Sequence record: NC_070873.1
DNA length: 64,000 nucleotides
Direction: 5' to 3' (one strand)
Source of the DNA: Escherichia phage St11Ph5
Shown here: positions 51,336 through 61,869 of the stretch, piece by piece
Position numbering within the stretch: the first letter of the stretch is position 1
How the letters are laid out: each line of letters opens with the position of its first letter
Position numbers and translations under genes: made by a program
Notes under the pieces: model-generated
Database searches by the model: none
What the model was told of the DNA's origin: nothing
Seen by the model: the letters and a program-made list of their open reading frames with translations, nothing else

Positions 51336-51842
51336 TTATTCCTGTTCAAAAAGTTTACGGTCAGCCTGAATCTGTTTACCCAACTCAATTAGTTGGCTGT
51401 CACGGAGTCTAACAGTTGCCCGGAGTTCTTCAACCAAACGTCTGCCTTCTTCAAGACTGTTGTCGAGTCTGGCTGCATGGCTTGCAAGACTTCTGCACTC
51501 AAAGGTTCCGGATTCGGCTTGACGTTTATATACCGATGCTCGTCTTTCAGACTGTTGCATCCGGCTGTCGTAATCACTGCTAACGCGAGCAAGCTCGCTT
51601 GCGTAATTACTCTCAGCCGTCTGCAACCGGGAAGTGAGTAACCCGACTTCATAACTATGGTTTCTTTGGAGAGCATTGTATTTGTCCTGTAATTTTTGTG
51701 TTGCCTTTTGGTCTTCGACCTTTTGGGCATCCCACTTCTTTTGAACAGTAGACTGTCCATTGGAGTTACCCCAAAAGTAAATGGTGGCCCCAAGGACCAC
51801 CACCAGAAGATAAGGCCAACCTTTAGAGATTAGCATCTTCAT
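51336..51842 (-). CDS. Rz-like i-spanin
   Basis: N-terminal [23 protein letters not shown] then coiled-coil-like periplasmic domain; contains embedded lipoprotein ORF in +1 frame; ORF 51336..51863, start trimmed to internal Met. Confidence 0.55.
   Translation of the reverse strand: MKMLISKGWPYLLVVVLGATIYFWGNSNGQSTVQKKWDAQKVEDQKATQKLQDKYNALQRNHSYEVGLLTSRLQTAESNYASELARVSSDYDSRMQQSERRASVYKRQAESGTFECRSLASHAARLDNSLEEGRRLVEELRATVRLRDSQLIELGKQIQADRKLFEQE
51389..51652 (-). CDS. Rz1-like o-spanin lipoprotein (embedded in Rz)
   Basis: Signal peptide with lipobox-like TTAGC then Pro-rich NVKPNPEP; entirely inside Rz in another frame; start Met uncertain. Confidence 0.45.
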   Translation of the reverse strand: MKSGYSLPGCRRLRVITQASLLALAVITTAGCNSLKDEHRYINVKPNPEPLSAEVLQAMQPDSTTVLKKADVWLKNSGQLLDSVTAN

Positions 51843-52458
51843 TACATGCCTCCAGTGGCACATTGCCTATTCGGTTAGCTACCCAACCATACGTAAAGTC
51901 TGGCATGTTTAATGAGGTGTAGTGGTTCAGTTGTTTGGCATCAAGTAACTTAATCATTACCTGACATGCTGCAACTTTGCCTCGTTTTTTCTGTAATGCT
52001 TTATATGCATTAACAGTACTTGTACCGACTTTACCATCAACCTGTATTTTAGGGTAGTCTTTGCCGTCACGGGACATTTCATTAAGAGATAACTGCAACC
52101 ACTTAGCAGGACGGGTTACACCAGTGTTAACACCAGCATCAACCAGCTTGTGTGTTACAGCAGGAGATATATCAGCAAAGGCTACGAAGTTAGGCTTAAG
52201 TACGTAGTCATCAATGTATATCTCAGCAGCCATCTCTTTAGACAAACCTTTCATAGAACCATCCCAACCATACTCAGTAGCCAGAACTTCTTTATGAGAT
52301 TTAGCTACCGATTGGGTAATTCCATGGTTAGTTTCCCCACCTGGGTCACGAGGATTGTTTACGTAACCCCCTTCCATATAGAACACTGCCCCCAGGATAG
52401 CAGCGACAACTCCTCCCACTGCACCACCTTTCGCAGCAAGTTTTTGTTTAGCTTTCAT
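51823..52458 (-). CDS. endolysin, GH108-type muramidase with N-terminal SAR-like segment
   Basis: GGYVNNPRDPGGETNHGIT matches GH108 N-terminal signature; N-terminal Gly/Ala-rich weakly hydrophobic AAKGGAVGGVVAAILGAVFY. Confidence 0.6.
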   Translation of the reverse strand: MKAKQKLAAKGGAVGGVVAAILGAVFYMEGGYVNNPRDPGGETNHGITQSVAKSHKEVLATEYGWDGSMKGLSKEMAAEIYIDDYVLKPNFVAFADISPAVTHKLVDAGVNTGVTRPAKWLQLSLNEMSRDGKDYPKIQVDGKVGTSTVNAYKALQKKRGKVAACQVMIKLLDAKQLNHYTSLNMPDFTYGWVANRIGNVPLEACNEDANL

Positions 52459-52708
52459 GTGAATCTTCCTTTGGTCGGAAACGTATTAATCTGCCTATGA
52501 TATTTAAGGCAAACAGTGCGATTGCAATATTGGAACCATGAGGAATGTCTTCCAGGATGTGTCGAGGTAATCCTGTCAGCATTGGTTGGATAATATCTAT
52601 GGCAGAAAACATAATTAACCCAAGCGTACTAATCTGAATGGATGCCCACTTCCAGCATCTTTTCCAGTTAGGTACTAACTCTACCTTTCTATTTAACCTG
52701 CGAACCAT
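52448..52708 (-). CDS. holin-like membrane protein
   Basis: ORF 52448..52774; from internal Met about 86 aa with two hydrophobic helices; immediately upstream of endolysin. Confidence 0.4.
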   Translation of the reverse strand: MVRRLNRKVELVPNWKRCWKWASIQISTLGLIMFSAIDIIQPMLTGLPRHILEDIPHGSNIAIALFALNIIGRLIRFRPKEDSHES

Positions 52709-53022
52709 GCGAATATCTCCCGTCTTGCAGCAGCCAATACACCAATAATTGCACCTGCCCCAGCCCATACCCACTTACCGAAAATCCCTGCACCAACAAC
52801 TTTATGCTTAATGGTGATGAACTCTTCAATAGTAGGTTCATTCTTAGCTAAGCTATCCTCCACATTCTTTAGTCTATTGCCTATGTCATTGATTGAATCT
52901 CGTAGTTCTACTAGAGTCTCCTCTAGTTTCTCACGGTCCTGCCTTTCCCTTGTCTGGTTCTCAAACAGAGTCTTCAATCGTTCCTCCAACCTGACTAGGA
53001 GTAGTTCACCCGATTCATTCAT
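52693..53022 (-). CDS. membrane protein with coiled-coil N-terminus (holin/antiholin candidate)
   Basis: 109 aa; C-terminal TM VVGAGIFGKWVWAGAGAIIGVLAAA. Confidence 0.4.
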   Translation of the reverse strand: MNESGELLLVRLEERLKTLFENQTRERQDREKLEETLVELRDSINDIGNRLKNVEDSLAKNEPTIEEFITIKHKVVGAGIFGKWVWAGAGAIIGVLAAARREIFAWFAG

Positions 53023-53194
53023 AATATTACCGTAGTTGTGTAGTTAGAATCCCCAATAGGGTCATATCATAAGATGACTCATAGATAATACTTAGTATGA
53101 TGGAGTACATCCAGACATAGTGTCTGCCTTAGACATTATTGTAAGAAGTGCAGGTACAGTGAGAGAATGGGGAATGCAAACAGTAAACTCTATA

Positions 53195-53225
53195 TAGGAA
53201 AAGCCCCCTTAATTGGGGGCTTTTA
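53195..53225 (-). terminator. Rho-independent terminator
   Basis: Stem AAGCCCCC / GGGGGCTT, loop TTAATT; T-tracts on both sides. Confidence 0.45.
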
Positions 53226-53238
53226 GTAATGTCACATG

Positions 53239-55146
53239 TTATACAAAGTAAACCAATGTACCTATGATACGTGAATTATTCCCCAGTGCTGCAACAGAAC
53301 CAGAAATACCCACTGCTGAGGCTGTAGATGCAGAGATCATGATATTGGAGTTCAGTGCTTCTGCTCGGATATACAAGCCATAAACAGGTAAGGCAAGTTC
53401 AGCATAGTAGCCTACACTACCTGTACCTGTGGTATCACCACACGCAAAAGGCAGACCTAAAATTGCTGACTGATTCCCTGTACCAATAGTATTGATATGA
53501 ATATCAAACTCTACTGTTACCTTACGACCTTCTTTACGGTACTTACCCTTCTGAATGTTATAAGTAGCATTACCACCTACAGAAGGGGTCCATGTACCTT
53601 CTATAACATCAGAGGATGTCCATGCATTTGGTGATAATGGTGGGTTATTGACAACAGTGAATTTAGCACCAGCACCTGAGTTGTAGGGGATGAATACAGG
53701 ATTAATACGAGCAAAGGTGTTATTAACCTGTTCATCAAGGTTGTTCATATCAATCAGAACCTGTCCATTAGCAAATGTACTAACAGCAATATCCTCTACT
53801 ACCCAATCACGTAGCTTAACGTTACCATCCATCATTCCGATGATGCGACCATTATTCCCTATCTTCTCACTATGCATGTTGATGTAACAGTTACGGATTC
53901 GTACACTCTGTGGGAAAAGGTAGTTTGCAGGATTAGTCTTGTCACTAAGTACTGAAACCATCCAAGGTCGTACAGCTGTACTCACCTCTGTGTAGTATCC
54001 ATCAATAATAGCACCGTGAGCATTTGGCCCAAGAAGAATACCTCCAGTACAGTGGTGTGCGTTACCTCCAATTACACGGCACATTGTAGAGTTGATATAT
54101 GCAAAGTAACCTAAGTCTTGGTTATCGTATGCACCCATTGAGCAATCACGTATGGTAAATCGTGAGTTACCGCCATCATAGGCACTACCATCAGTCTTCT
54201 TGCCAAGGAGAGCTATGAAACTACCAGTTGCTACTGTACTGAAGTAGGTATGTTTCTCACAACACTCAATGATCCCATCCCAGTTCTCATACTGAGAATA
54301 GATGTCATAGGTTGCAGAGTTACCATAGTCCATAAAGATGCAGTATCTGATTCTAGGTGTGAATACGAAGGACTTAATGAAAATACCGAAACCTGCTTGC
54401 ACACCACCAGTGAATCGCAGACCCTCTATAGTGTATTCAGACTGATAGAAGTTATCAGCAGTAGGTGCATCTTCTGGAGTTGGGTCACCTAAGTACATTG
54501 CTGCACCAGTACCTGAGTAGTCCAGAGTAGCTGACTGAAAACCATATACTGCTACAGGGCGTGTAAAGTTTATACCAGTAGTATACTTATAATGACCAGC
54601 AGGAAAGATAACAGAAATGGGTGCAGAGTATTTGGCTCGGGAGTTTACCCAAGCAACCATAGCCTGAATAGCAGCAGTGTCATCGGTAATCCCATCACCT
54701 ACTGCACCAAAGTCCTTCAGACTTACCCAATCACCTAATGCAGCCTGTACAGTGCGAGCAACTTCACCAACACGTCCGGTAATGTGACCAACCTTACTAG
54801 AGCCAGTGTTAGAAGCCAGTTCGTCATATACTGCTGTAATGGCTTCATTGACTCGTACAGCAATGTCATTTGGTGCAGGAAGTAGACTAACGGTAATACC
54901 CCCTGGGTTATAGGTTAATTGGTCACCATTTACATTAGCAATGGTTGCCCCGGAGGGGAGAGTAGGTAAAGTCCATATCTTCTTAGCATTACGATCGAAG
55001 AGTATAGTCTTATCATCTAGCAATGTATTAGTATTCGTACTGAGAATAACTTTACCTTCTGCTACGTTACATGCACGAGCAATGGCTTGTATATTGGTAA
55101 GAATACCCGTAGAGCCTTTACCACCTTGAGAGAACATCTCGTTCAT
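53239..55146 (-). CDS. tailspike/tail fibre with pectate-lyase-like beta-helix
   Basis: LKDFGAVGDGITDDTAAIQA motif typical of right-handed beta-helix depolymerase domains; 635 aa. Confidence 0.55.
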   Translation of the reverse strand: MNEMFSQGGKGSTGILTNIQAIARACNVAEGKVILSTNTNTLLDDKTILFDRNAKKIWTLPTLPSGATIANVNGDQLTYNPGGITVSLLPAPNDIAVRVNEAITAVYDELASNTGSSKVGHITGRVGEVARTVQAALGDWVSLKDFGAVGDGITDDTAAIQAMVAWVNSRAKYSAPISVIFPAGHYKYTTGINFTRPVAVYGFQSATLDYSGTGAAMYLGDPTPEDAPTADNFYQSEYTIEGLRFTGGVQAGFGIFIKSFVFTPRIRYCIFMDYGNSATYDIYSQYENWDGIIECCEKHTYFSTVATGSFIALLGKKTDGSAYDGGNSRFTIRDCSMGAYDNQDLGYFAYINSTMCRVIGGNAHHCTGGILLGPNAHGAIIDGYYTEVSTAVRPWMVSVLSDKTNPANYLFPQSVRIRNCYINMHSEKIGNNGRIIGMMDGNVKLRDWVVEDIAVSTFANGQVLIDMNNLDEQVNNTFARINPVFIPYNSGAGAKFTVVNNPPLSPNAWTSSDVIEGTWTPSVGGNATYNIQKGKYRKEGRKVTVEFDIHINTIGTGNQSAILGLPFACGDTTGTGSVGYYAELALPVYGLYIRAEALNSNIMISASTASAVGISGSVAALGNNSRIIGTLVYFV

Positions 55147-55441
55147 AGCAACCTCTTTGTTTTTCTAGAAGACCTCGCTTCAGCGGGGTCTTATAACTAG
55201 GTAAGTACACGGTAGCGTAGGCCAGTATGCATTATCTTATCTAGACTTTTCCTCTTACTAGATACAATAACCATCCATTCCCTCCTACAATGTTACACCA
55301 ACCTTTCATATTAATACTTGGAATACACTAAGAGCAAACCTAGATAGTCAGGGAACAAGTCATAGACTCCAGAGCGGCACTCATAGGTGTGCTGTGAGCT
55401 ATCATAGGTCTGCCCTTGTGTACACTAAGATATTAACCTGC

Positions 55442-55591
55442 TTACGCAGAAGATACAGAAGGTTTCTTCATTGCACGACGTTGTACATCCTTAGCAATGG
55501 CGTAAGCCTGCTTAGGGTCACACTCTTCCTTGATGAGTTCTTCTGTGTTCCGGCGTACAGCACTTTGCTTAACTGACTTGATTAATGGCAT
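55442..55591 (-). CDS. small basic protein translationally coupled to upstream tailspike
   Basis: 49-aa ORF (MPLIKSVKQSAVRR...), ATG overlaps upstream TGA (TGATG); too short for the ORF track. Confidence 0.3.
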   Translation of the reverse strand: MPLIKSVKQSAVRRNTEELIKEECDPKQAYAIAKDVQRRAMKKPSVSSA

Positions 55592-58428
55592 CACTCTTCA
55601 GTCCCAAGTCTGCTCGTTACCTCTGGTATGACTGTCACTTGCATTGTTTGACCTGCGTGCCCATTGATTACCTTGATACGAATAAGATTAGCTGTGGAGG
55701 AATCATCACTAACAGTAATATCGCCAGTATTTACCCCTACTGCTCCGTATTTATCACCAAAGCTAACAGTAACAGAGGAACCGAATACTGCATGTCTCCC
55801 ATCGACACGATAGGAAGAAAAGTTTCCTGTAGAAACGTTACGGATAAGAACCCACAGACTAAGTCCACGGAAAGACAAAGTACCATTTGTTGATACAGGT
55901 AACTCAATAGTAGCTGACCCACCTTGTACAATTTCTCCTGCATACTTAGATTTGTATAGGTACTTCCCTGGCAAATCTAGGTATTCTTCATTTACACGAA
56001 GAAGATTGTTAATGTGCATTGCGTCAGTTCTGTTTGTAACAGGGGATTCATCAACTCCAACATCAAAGTTGTCATAACTATAAACTTTGCCGCCTGAACC
56101 ACTAAAGAGTAAGTTAGTGCCATGTAAGTTATTATGACGCACCGTATGGTTAGCACCGGAATGGCGAATAATGGTTATACCTCTAACACCAGACACACCA
56201 TAACAATCATTACCCTCAATAGAAGCGGAATCAACAGAATCATCTAAGAATATACAGTTAGGAACATCCTTGCCAGTGATATGGTTGCCACGTATAGTCA
56301 AGTTACGGTGACGACCTGTTGGGCTTTGGCCAAACTTACTGACGTAAATGCGAGGTACATTGTTTCCTACTACTGATACGTTCTCAGAGTTGTTAGATTG
56401 TGCAGTAATGAAAATCCTATCCGTGCAGGTGTTACCTATTACGTTAATGTTGCTAGTGTCATCTATCCATAGCAGTTTATGGAAGATATTACCAGTAACA
56501 ACACCGTAGCTTATCTGGTTATTCTCAATCTCTAAGGATCCATATTCATTGTCATGGTCATAGTTACCAATAACCACCAAAGAGCCGTTACCATTAATGA
56601 AGTTATAAGAAGTAGCATTCTTGCCACCATACGTCGAGTTACCTATGCACTTGGCATTGGTCACACCTACGTGTTGAAAGTGGCCTCTATCTTTACCATC
56701 TTTAGGCTGAACTGAAGTACAGCCCATAATAGAGGTGTCACGAACTACTCTGTTGGTAGGATCGCTTTCTGACGCATCGTAGGAGCGACCTCGGAAGTCT
56801 GTGTTATAGAAGAAACCCTCGAAACGCGCACCATGTACCTTGATGTCCTCATAGTCTCTACCGTCTTCATAGGCCAATATTTGAAATGCACGACATGCGT
56901 TGTCATATCTCGCAGCAGTAAGTGTCCCTGTCAAGAAACTACGAAACTTACTTGTTTTGATACGAATACACTCAAACTGCAAGTCTGCATCTCCAACTAG
57001 TGTAATAGGTTTGTCCACGGTAACAGTACCAAACCTATAGGGTCCGCCATAGAAACCTAAAGTACCTCCAGACGGAGTCGCATCAATTGCAGCTTGAATG
57101 GCGTAAGTACTATCTGTTGTAAGATTGGGCACTGCACCAAAATCTTTGACACTAACACTATCTTCTGCCCGTTCCTGCAATGTACGAGAAATTGTCCCAG
57201 GCAAAGGAATCTTAATACCAATCTTACTTGCACCGGAATCACTAGCTAAATCCGCTTTATATGCAGTCAGCTCATCTCTTACTGGAGATGGTACAGGAAG
57301 TAGATCAACAACAATTTCGCCAGGGGAATATGTTAACTTACCTGCATTAACAGACTGAATATATACATTCGCTGGTAATACAGGTAAACCATAAGACTTC
57401 TGTTCGCTAACAGAGTAAACAACCCTCTTACCATTAAGGGACTGGGTACTATCTGTGCTAAAGATTACCTCATTGTCTTCCACATTAGCAGCACGAGCAA
57501 CTTCCTGTAGAGTACGATCTGCTGCTTCTAGTACTCGTGCTTCACCACCAATCTGTACTATAAGACGATCATTGGTTGTCAGTGGTTCGGTAAGAAAAAT
57601 ACGCTGGTTATCTGGGTCAGCAGTATATGACTCAGTAGTTAGCCCTTTATACAAACGAAGACCATTCTTATACACAGCAGGAACAGACTGGAAGGTATAA
57701 GGAATAGCGATAACCTGCTCACCACCTACAGCAGCACCATTGTTGTACAACCAGTTAATCTGAATCCAGTCATTAACGTTAGGATTATCTGGTACAGCAG
57801 GAACCCCAGTCAGAAGGAATACCACTTCATCACCTTCTTCTAGAGGCTGAGCCAGAGTTACTGACAGGCTATCCACATTAAATTCAAAACCACGCCCTAC
57901 ATATTGCATGTCACCATTAACAATAATGAAAGGCACACCTACCGTACCATCTGGTACGTTGATTGTGGTTTCCCCACCAGTAGCGGAACCATTGCTGTAT
58001 ACCCAAGGGATATAAGCTCCTTCTCCGGAGGAAGTACCACCACCAGAGGAACCAGAAGTAGCAACAGTAATCCATGAACCGGTTGCAGCAGCATCATTTG
58101 GTAGAATACCTGTACGGTCACCCTCTACGTACAAGTAGTCAGTTACCTGCCGGTCACCTGCACGGGAGAAACCATAGATACGGGAATATTTAACCTGCGT
58201 GGATAATGCCTTCAATTCCTCTACAGAGTTTACACCGATGACCATCCCATACTGGTTCAGGAAATCATACAGGAGTTTAAGATTACCCAGGTTACAGTAC
58301 ACAGTACGAACCACATGGTAAGCATTACCAAGCAGTGCATCTACCATTGGGTCATTGGAACTATTCTGGCAGTAAGGATTAGTCCAATCCTGTTTTGCAT
58401 CAAAGGGGTTGTGTGCGTTCATCGCCAT
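55591..58428 (-). CDS. tailspike with pectate-lyase-like beta-helix
   Basis: 945 aa; VKDFGAVPNLTTDSTYAIQAAIDA motif; NxxG-rich repeats typical of beta-helix. Confidence 0.6.
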   Translation of the reverse strand: MAMNAHNPFDAKQDWTNPYCQNSSNDPMVDALLGNAYHVVRTVYCNLGNLKLLYDFLNQYGMVIGVNSVEELKALSTQVKYSRIYGFSRAGDRQVTDYLYVEGDRTGILPNDAAATGSWITVATSGSSGGGTSSGEGAYIPWVYSNGSATGGETTINVPDGTVGVPFIIVNGDMQYVGRGFEFNVDSLSVTLAQPLEEGDEVVFLLTGVPAVPDNPNVNDWIQINWLYNNGAAVGGEQVIAIPYTFQSVPAVYKNGLRLYKGLTTESYTADPDNQRIFLTEPLTTNDRLIVQIGGEARVLEAADRTLQEVARAANVEDNEVIFSTDSTQSLNGKRVVYSVSEQKSYGLPVLPANVYIQSVNAGKLTYSPGEIVVDLLPVPSPVRDELTAYKADLASDSGASKIGIKIPLPGTISRTLQERAEDSVSVKDFGAVPNLTTDSTYAIQAAIDATPSGGTLGFYGGPYRFGTVTVDKPITLVGDADLQFECIRIKTSKFRSFLTGTLTAARYDNACRAFQILAYEDGRDYEDIKVHGARFEGFFYNTDFRGRSYDASESDPTNRVVRDTSIMGCTSVQPKDGKDRGHFQHVGVTNAKCIGNSTYGGKNATSYNFINGNGSLVVIGNYDHDNEYGSLEIENNQISYGVVTGNIFHKLLWIDDTSNINVIGNTCTDRIFITAQSNNSENVSVVGNNVPRIYVSKFGQSPTGRHRNLTIRGNHITGKDVPNCIFLDDSVDSASIEGNDCYGVSGVRGITIIRHSGANHTVRHNNLHGTNLLFSGSGGKVYSYDNFDVGVDESPVTNRTDAMHINNLLRVNEEYLDLPGKYLYKSKYAGEIVQGGSATIELPVSTNGTLSFRGLSLWVLIRNVSTGNFSSYRVDGRHAVFGSSVTVSFGDKYGAVGVNTGDITVSDDSSTANLIRIKVINGHAGQTMQVTVIPEVTSRLGTEE

Positions 58429-59129
58429 CCTCGTTGTTCAAATTTAGTTTCGGTAATTGAAATACTTCCATTAGCCAGGTCGTAATCAACAACCTCACCA
58501 CAGATGCTTTCATACGTTTGCAGATACTCTGCTGCCTTAGCATTAGCTTCCGGAGTATTCAAACCAGTGTGGTAACGATAACCCACCCAGTTATTAAGTG
58601 CCGTCATTAGCGTGTCTGCTAAGTCAACTTCCTGTTCTTCATCACCCATAAGTACAGGGTGCTTAGCTTGATAAGTTACGTTAAGTGCCTCGAAGTGTCG
58701 AGGTCGCATACACTGAATAGTATCAGGCCGAGGGGTGAAGATTGCATGGGGGTCTGAATCGTCGTTAAGTCTACGTCGATTCCCTAAGTTATCAAACACA
58801 TTTAAGATTTTAATAACATCATCCTGGAAAGGTTTCATGAACCCATCCATGATGTATGGATATTGAATCTCAAGAGTGGGCTTAGTAAATCTGGAGTAAG
58901 CATATTTGGATTGAAGAGGATAATCAGTACGACCTTCCTTCATCTCCACAATGCAGCTATTAGTCCTCAGAGGGAAACGACTATGCAGTCGTACCAGCCC
59001 CTCATTAATAGCAGCCAATATCTCAGGCTTACTCTCCGGTTCAATACCCAATCTGTCATCCGTGACTGCACCAGTACCCTTTAAGGTACTTAATGCCAAG
59101 CCACGATATACTTCCGATAATTTCTGCAT
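58419..59129 (-). CDS. hypothetical virion protein
   Basis: 236-aa ORF between terminase and tailspike. Confidence 0.4.
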   Translation of the reverse strand: MQKLSEVYRGLALSTLKGTGAVTDDRLGIEPESKPEILAAINEGLVRLHSRFPLRTNSCIVEMKEGRTDYPLQSKYAYSRFTKPTLEIQYPYIMDGFMKPFQDDVIKILNVFDNLGNRRRLNDDSDPHAIFTPRPDTIQCMRPRHFEALNVTYQAKHPVLMGDEEQEVDLADTLMTALNNWVGYRYHTGLNTPEANAKAAEYLQTYESICGEVVDYDLANGSISITETKFEQRGWR

Positions 59130-59135
59130 GGTTCC

Positions 59136-60746
59136 TCACACAATGTATGAACGTAGTGGGTTAACACTATCTTCTTCTTCATCATCCCACATTGGGTCAC
59201 CCTTGTTATCCACCATAGTCATACCTGCTTGTGGTTTCCAAGGATTGAGATAACCCAGCATGGAGATAGTATCAATACAGTCATCCTTACCTTTGATTCC
59301 ATTAATGGTAGCTAGTTTAATCTGGCCCATGAACAGACCCATAATAGTTGAATCTCTCAACTCTTCCGGGAAATACATCTTACCAGCCTTGAACCAGGGA
59401 ACTACCAGGTTAAAACGTGACAGCTTAGAGGTTACAGGACGTATACCTGGCTTACCACCCTCAGAGGATGCAAAGTTAAAGAAGACATTACGGTTAATCA
59501 TTTCTTTCTGAAGGAGTGAAATGAAACCACCTTGTTGCCCTGTAATTTCGACCCCAACGTTTTGGGGTTGGTATTCTTGAACCAGACGGAATAAGTCATC
59601 AAAGTTTTTATCCATAAGCTGACGATTAGCCACACCATCAACCCAGAACCAATCTCCATTAGAACTATAAGCCCAAACTGATATGACACTGTAGTCACTG
59701 GTCTGTTTCTCCGAAGTAGCAAAGTCAGTTGTAATGTAATAGTTATAACAAGACTTCATCCTTAACAGTTGCTGTCTGCTATACCATCTAATTTCACTAT
59801 CCTGAACCAGTCTCTCATCTTCGGAGCTAATACGGAGCATAAGTTCCTGATAGAAGCCAGCCAACTTACCAGTTTTAACTGCCATGTCATATTGGGCTTT
59901 GATATAGTCGTAAGAGAAACGGTCATCCCATGCACCCTGAAATTCTTCCCTACTACAGGGGAACTTCTCACACACAGGCCATACGTTGACATCCCATGCA
60001 CCAGACTCTACTGCTTCAATGATAATGTCTTCCTTATTAAAAGGAGTACCGTTGAAGATTACTTTACGTCGAGTTGGATCAAGAGCATGGTTCACACCTT
60101 TATAGACGGTATCCTTAATAGCTTCCATGCTAGTCTTGGAGTTAGCATCACCATCACTAATCAAGTCATCCAGTACACATAGTGTTGGACGTTTACCATA
60201 TATCTTCGTACCACGAAGACCTGTCTTAGCACCAAACAGCTTAACACCAAGACGATGCCCTTCTACATTACGGAACTCCAGTAGGTTATCCGTAAAGGTA
60301 GCTTCAGGTATCCATTGCTGGAGGAACTCACTATTCTTGTAACGAAACTCAATGTTCTTACGTGCAGATTTAGCACCGTTATCCATTGAGTCAGATACGT
60401 AAATCATTCCTTCTACTTTACCCAGGCTTGGTAAGTGACCAAACACTGCCAGGAACAGAGTAAAGTATTCCATGAACACAGCAGTCTTACCTGCACCACG
60501 GAAGCATAGGTTAACTACATACTGGTTCGGACTAATCATCTTATCCAGCATCTTCAAGTGAACTGGAGGTGTTTTGTTGGATTCACCCTCTTTGCCATTA
60601 ACCAACTTAATAAAGTTGGCAAAGGTAAGAGCAAACTGACTAGGAACATAGTTAGATGAATTAAGGTGTGAGTAATCCACCTGGTCCAGCCATTCATCCA
60701 GTTCCTGCTTAATTAACTCAGACATCTGTAATGTCCTCATCTGCAC
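59136..60746 (-). CDS. terminase large subunit
   Basis: Walker A CFRGAGKT, Walker B LCVLDDLISD, C-terminal nuclease-like region; 536 aa. Confidence 0.8.
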   Translation of the reverse strand: MQMRTLQMSELIKQELDEWLDQVDYSHLNSSNYVPSQFALTFANFIKLVNGKEGESNKTPPVHLKMLDKMISPNQYVVNLCFRGAGKTAVFMEYFTLFLAVFGHLPSLGKVEGMIYVSDSMDNGAKSARKNIEFRYKNSEFLQQWIPEATFTDNLLEFRNVEGHRLGVKLFGAKTGLRGTKIYGKRPTLCVLDDLISDGDANSKTSMEAIKDTVYKGVNHALDPTRRKVIFNGTPFNKEDIIIEAVESGAWDVNVWPVCEKFPCSREEFQGAWDDRFSYDYIKAQYDMAVKTGKLAGFYQELMLRISSEDERLVQDSEIRWYSRQQLLRMKSCYNYYITTDFATSEKQTSDYSVISVWAYSSNGDWFWVDGVANRQLMDKNFDDLFRLVQEYQPQNVGVEITGQQGGFISLLQKEMINRNVFFNFASSEGGKPGIRPVTSKLSRFNLVVPWFKAGKMYFPEELRDSTIMGLFMGQIKLATINGIKGKDDCIDTISMLGYLNPWKPQAGMTMVDNKGDPMWDDEEEDSVNPLRSYIV

Positions 60747-61407
60747 GTACTAGTTTAGAACCAGCAACCTCTTTAGTAGGTACTCCACTATTGATTGCAT
60801 TAATTTGCTGTTCAGCTAATGCAGCAAGCGTTGCCTTGAGGTCAGTTAACCCAGAGTTCTCTCTCAAGTCCAGATTGATATTCGTTACCTGGTCTTTCGG
60901 TTTAGCTAAGTGGGTAAGGATAGAGTTAGCTGCATCACATCTTACCTTCTCACTTGCTGCTGTAGTCATCAGTTCAACCTGAACATTAATTGCCTTCTGA
61001 TAATTGTCCTGGTTTACAATCCACACTGGAACCAAACTTTGTTCCATGATGAGGTTAACTAGCTTACCTCTGTGATAAGCAGATACATAAGCACTAATAT
61101 CTTTCTCACTGGTTCCTCGTGCAACAAGTTCTGCTTGTCGGTTAGGGAATGTTTTGAAGTAGGCTTCCTTATTGGAGTAGCCCATGTGTTTATAAGTCAC
61201 ATACTGAACTGCATTCATGTAGTCCTGTGTCTTAAACTTACCCTCCTTCATTACACCAGAGTAGGAGATAAAGTTTTCACGGAAGGACTCAGCAACCAGT
61301 TGGTCTTGGGTAATGTTGTTAATTGTATCTACCAACTCCTGGGTCACACTGTTTTTGAAGTTAGCAGGTAAGGCATTAATAATCTGCTGCTTAGTTAGTT
61401 CACTCAT
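60718..61407 (-). CDS. putative terminase small subunit
   Basis: 229-aa ORF directly upstream of terminase large subunit, overlapping its start; by position only. Confidence 0.35.
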   Translation of the reverse strand: MSELTKQQIINALPANFKNSVTQELVDTINNITQDQLVAESFRENFISYSGVMKEGKFKTQDYMNAVQYVTYKHMGYSNKEAYFKTFPNRQAELVARGTSEKDISAYVSAYHRGKLVNLIMEQSLVPVWIVNQDNYQKAINVQVELMTTAASEKVRCDAANSILTHLAKPKDQVTNINLDLRENSGLTDLKATLAALAEQQINAINSGVPTKEVAGSKLVRADEDITDV

Positions 61408-61578
61408 ACTTATCTCGCTACAAAGTTATGTCTATTAAAGAAGATTCTTTTCTTGGGGTGAGTTACCCCTTGAAGAAACGATACCATACAGTTACACTTT
61501 AGTCATGATATAGAAAAAGTTCATGATACTAAATAGTATGTAATGTTCCGATGATCCTATTCCCAAAAGGAGTAACCT
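61408..61578. promoter_or_regulatory. divergent AT-rich intergenic region
   Basis: 170-bp AT-rich gap between divergent genes; repeated TCATGATA motifs; hairpin GGGGT-GAGTT-ACCCC. Confidence 0.3.
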
Positions 61579-61869
61579 TTGAGAATCTATATGAGAGTCC
61601 ACGACTCTAAAGATGAATACAAGGAGCTAGACCACACCAAAGCTGGTATTCTTTCAGATGACATTATCATCACACATGATGAAGACACTTACCATGAATT
61701 AGCTGGGATGATGCTTTTAGAGAATCGACCTGGCATTAAAATCTTAGAACCAAGAGAAACTTACTCTTTAGAAAAACGCCCATCAGCTCTTGTGTTCTTC
61801 ACAAAATTACCTCATAGTGTCTCCGTCAGGCGAAGCAAAGACAGTGTTCGGATGACGGTGACGATGTGA
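61579..61869 (+). CDS. small protein, paralog family member 1
   Basis: 96 aa; TTG start with AAGGAG RBS (alternative ATG 61591); shares D/E-x-H-E-hydrophobic-x-G core with four downstream ORFs. Confidence 0.4.
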   Translation: MRIYMRVHDSKDEYKELDHTKAGILSDDIIITHDEDTYHELAGMMLLENRPGIKILEPRETYSLEKRPSALVFFTKLPHSVSVRRSKDSVRMTVTM

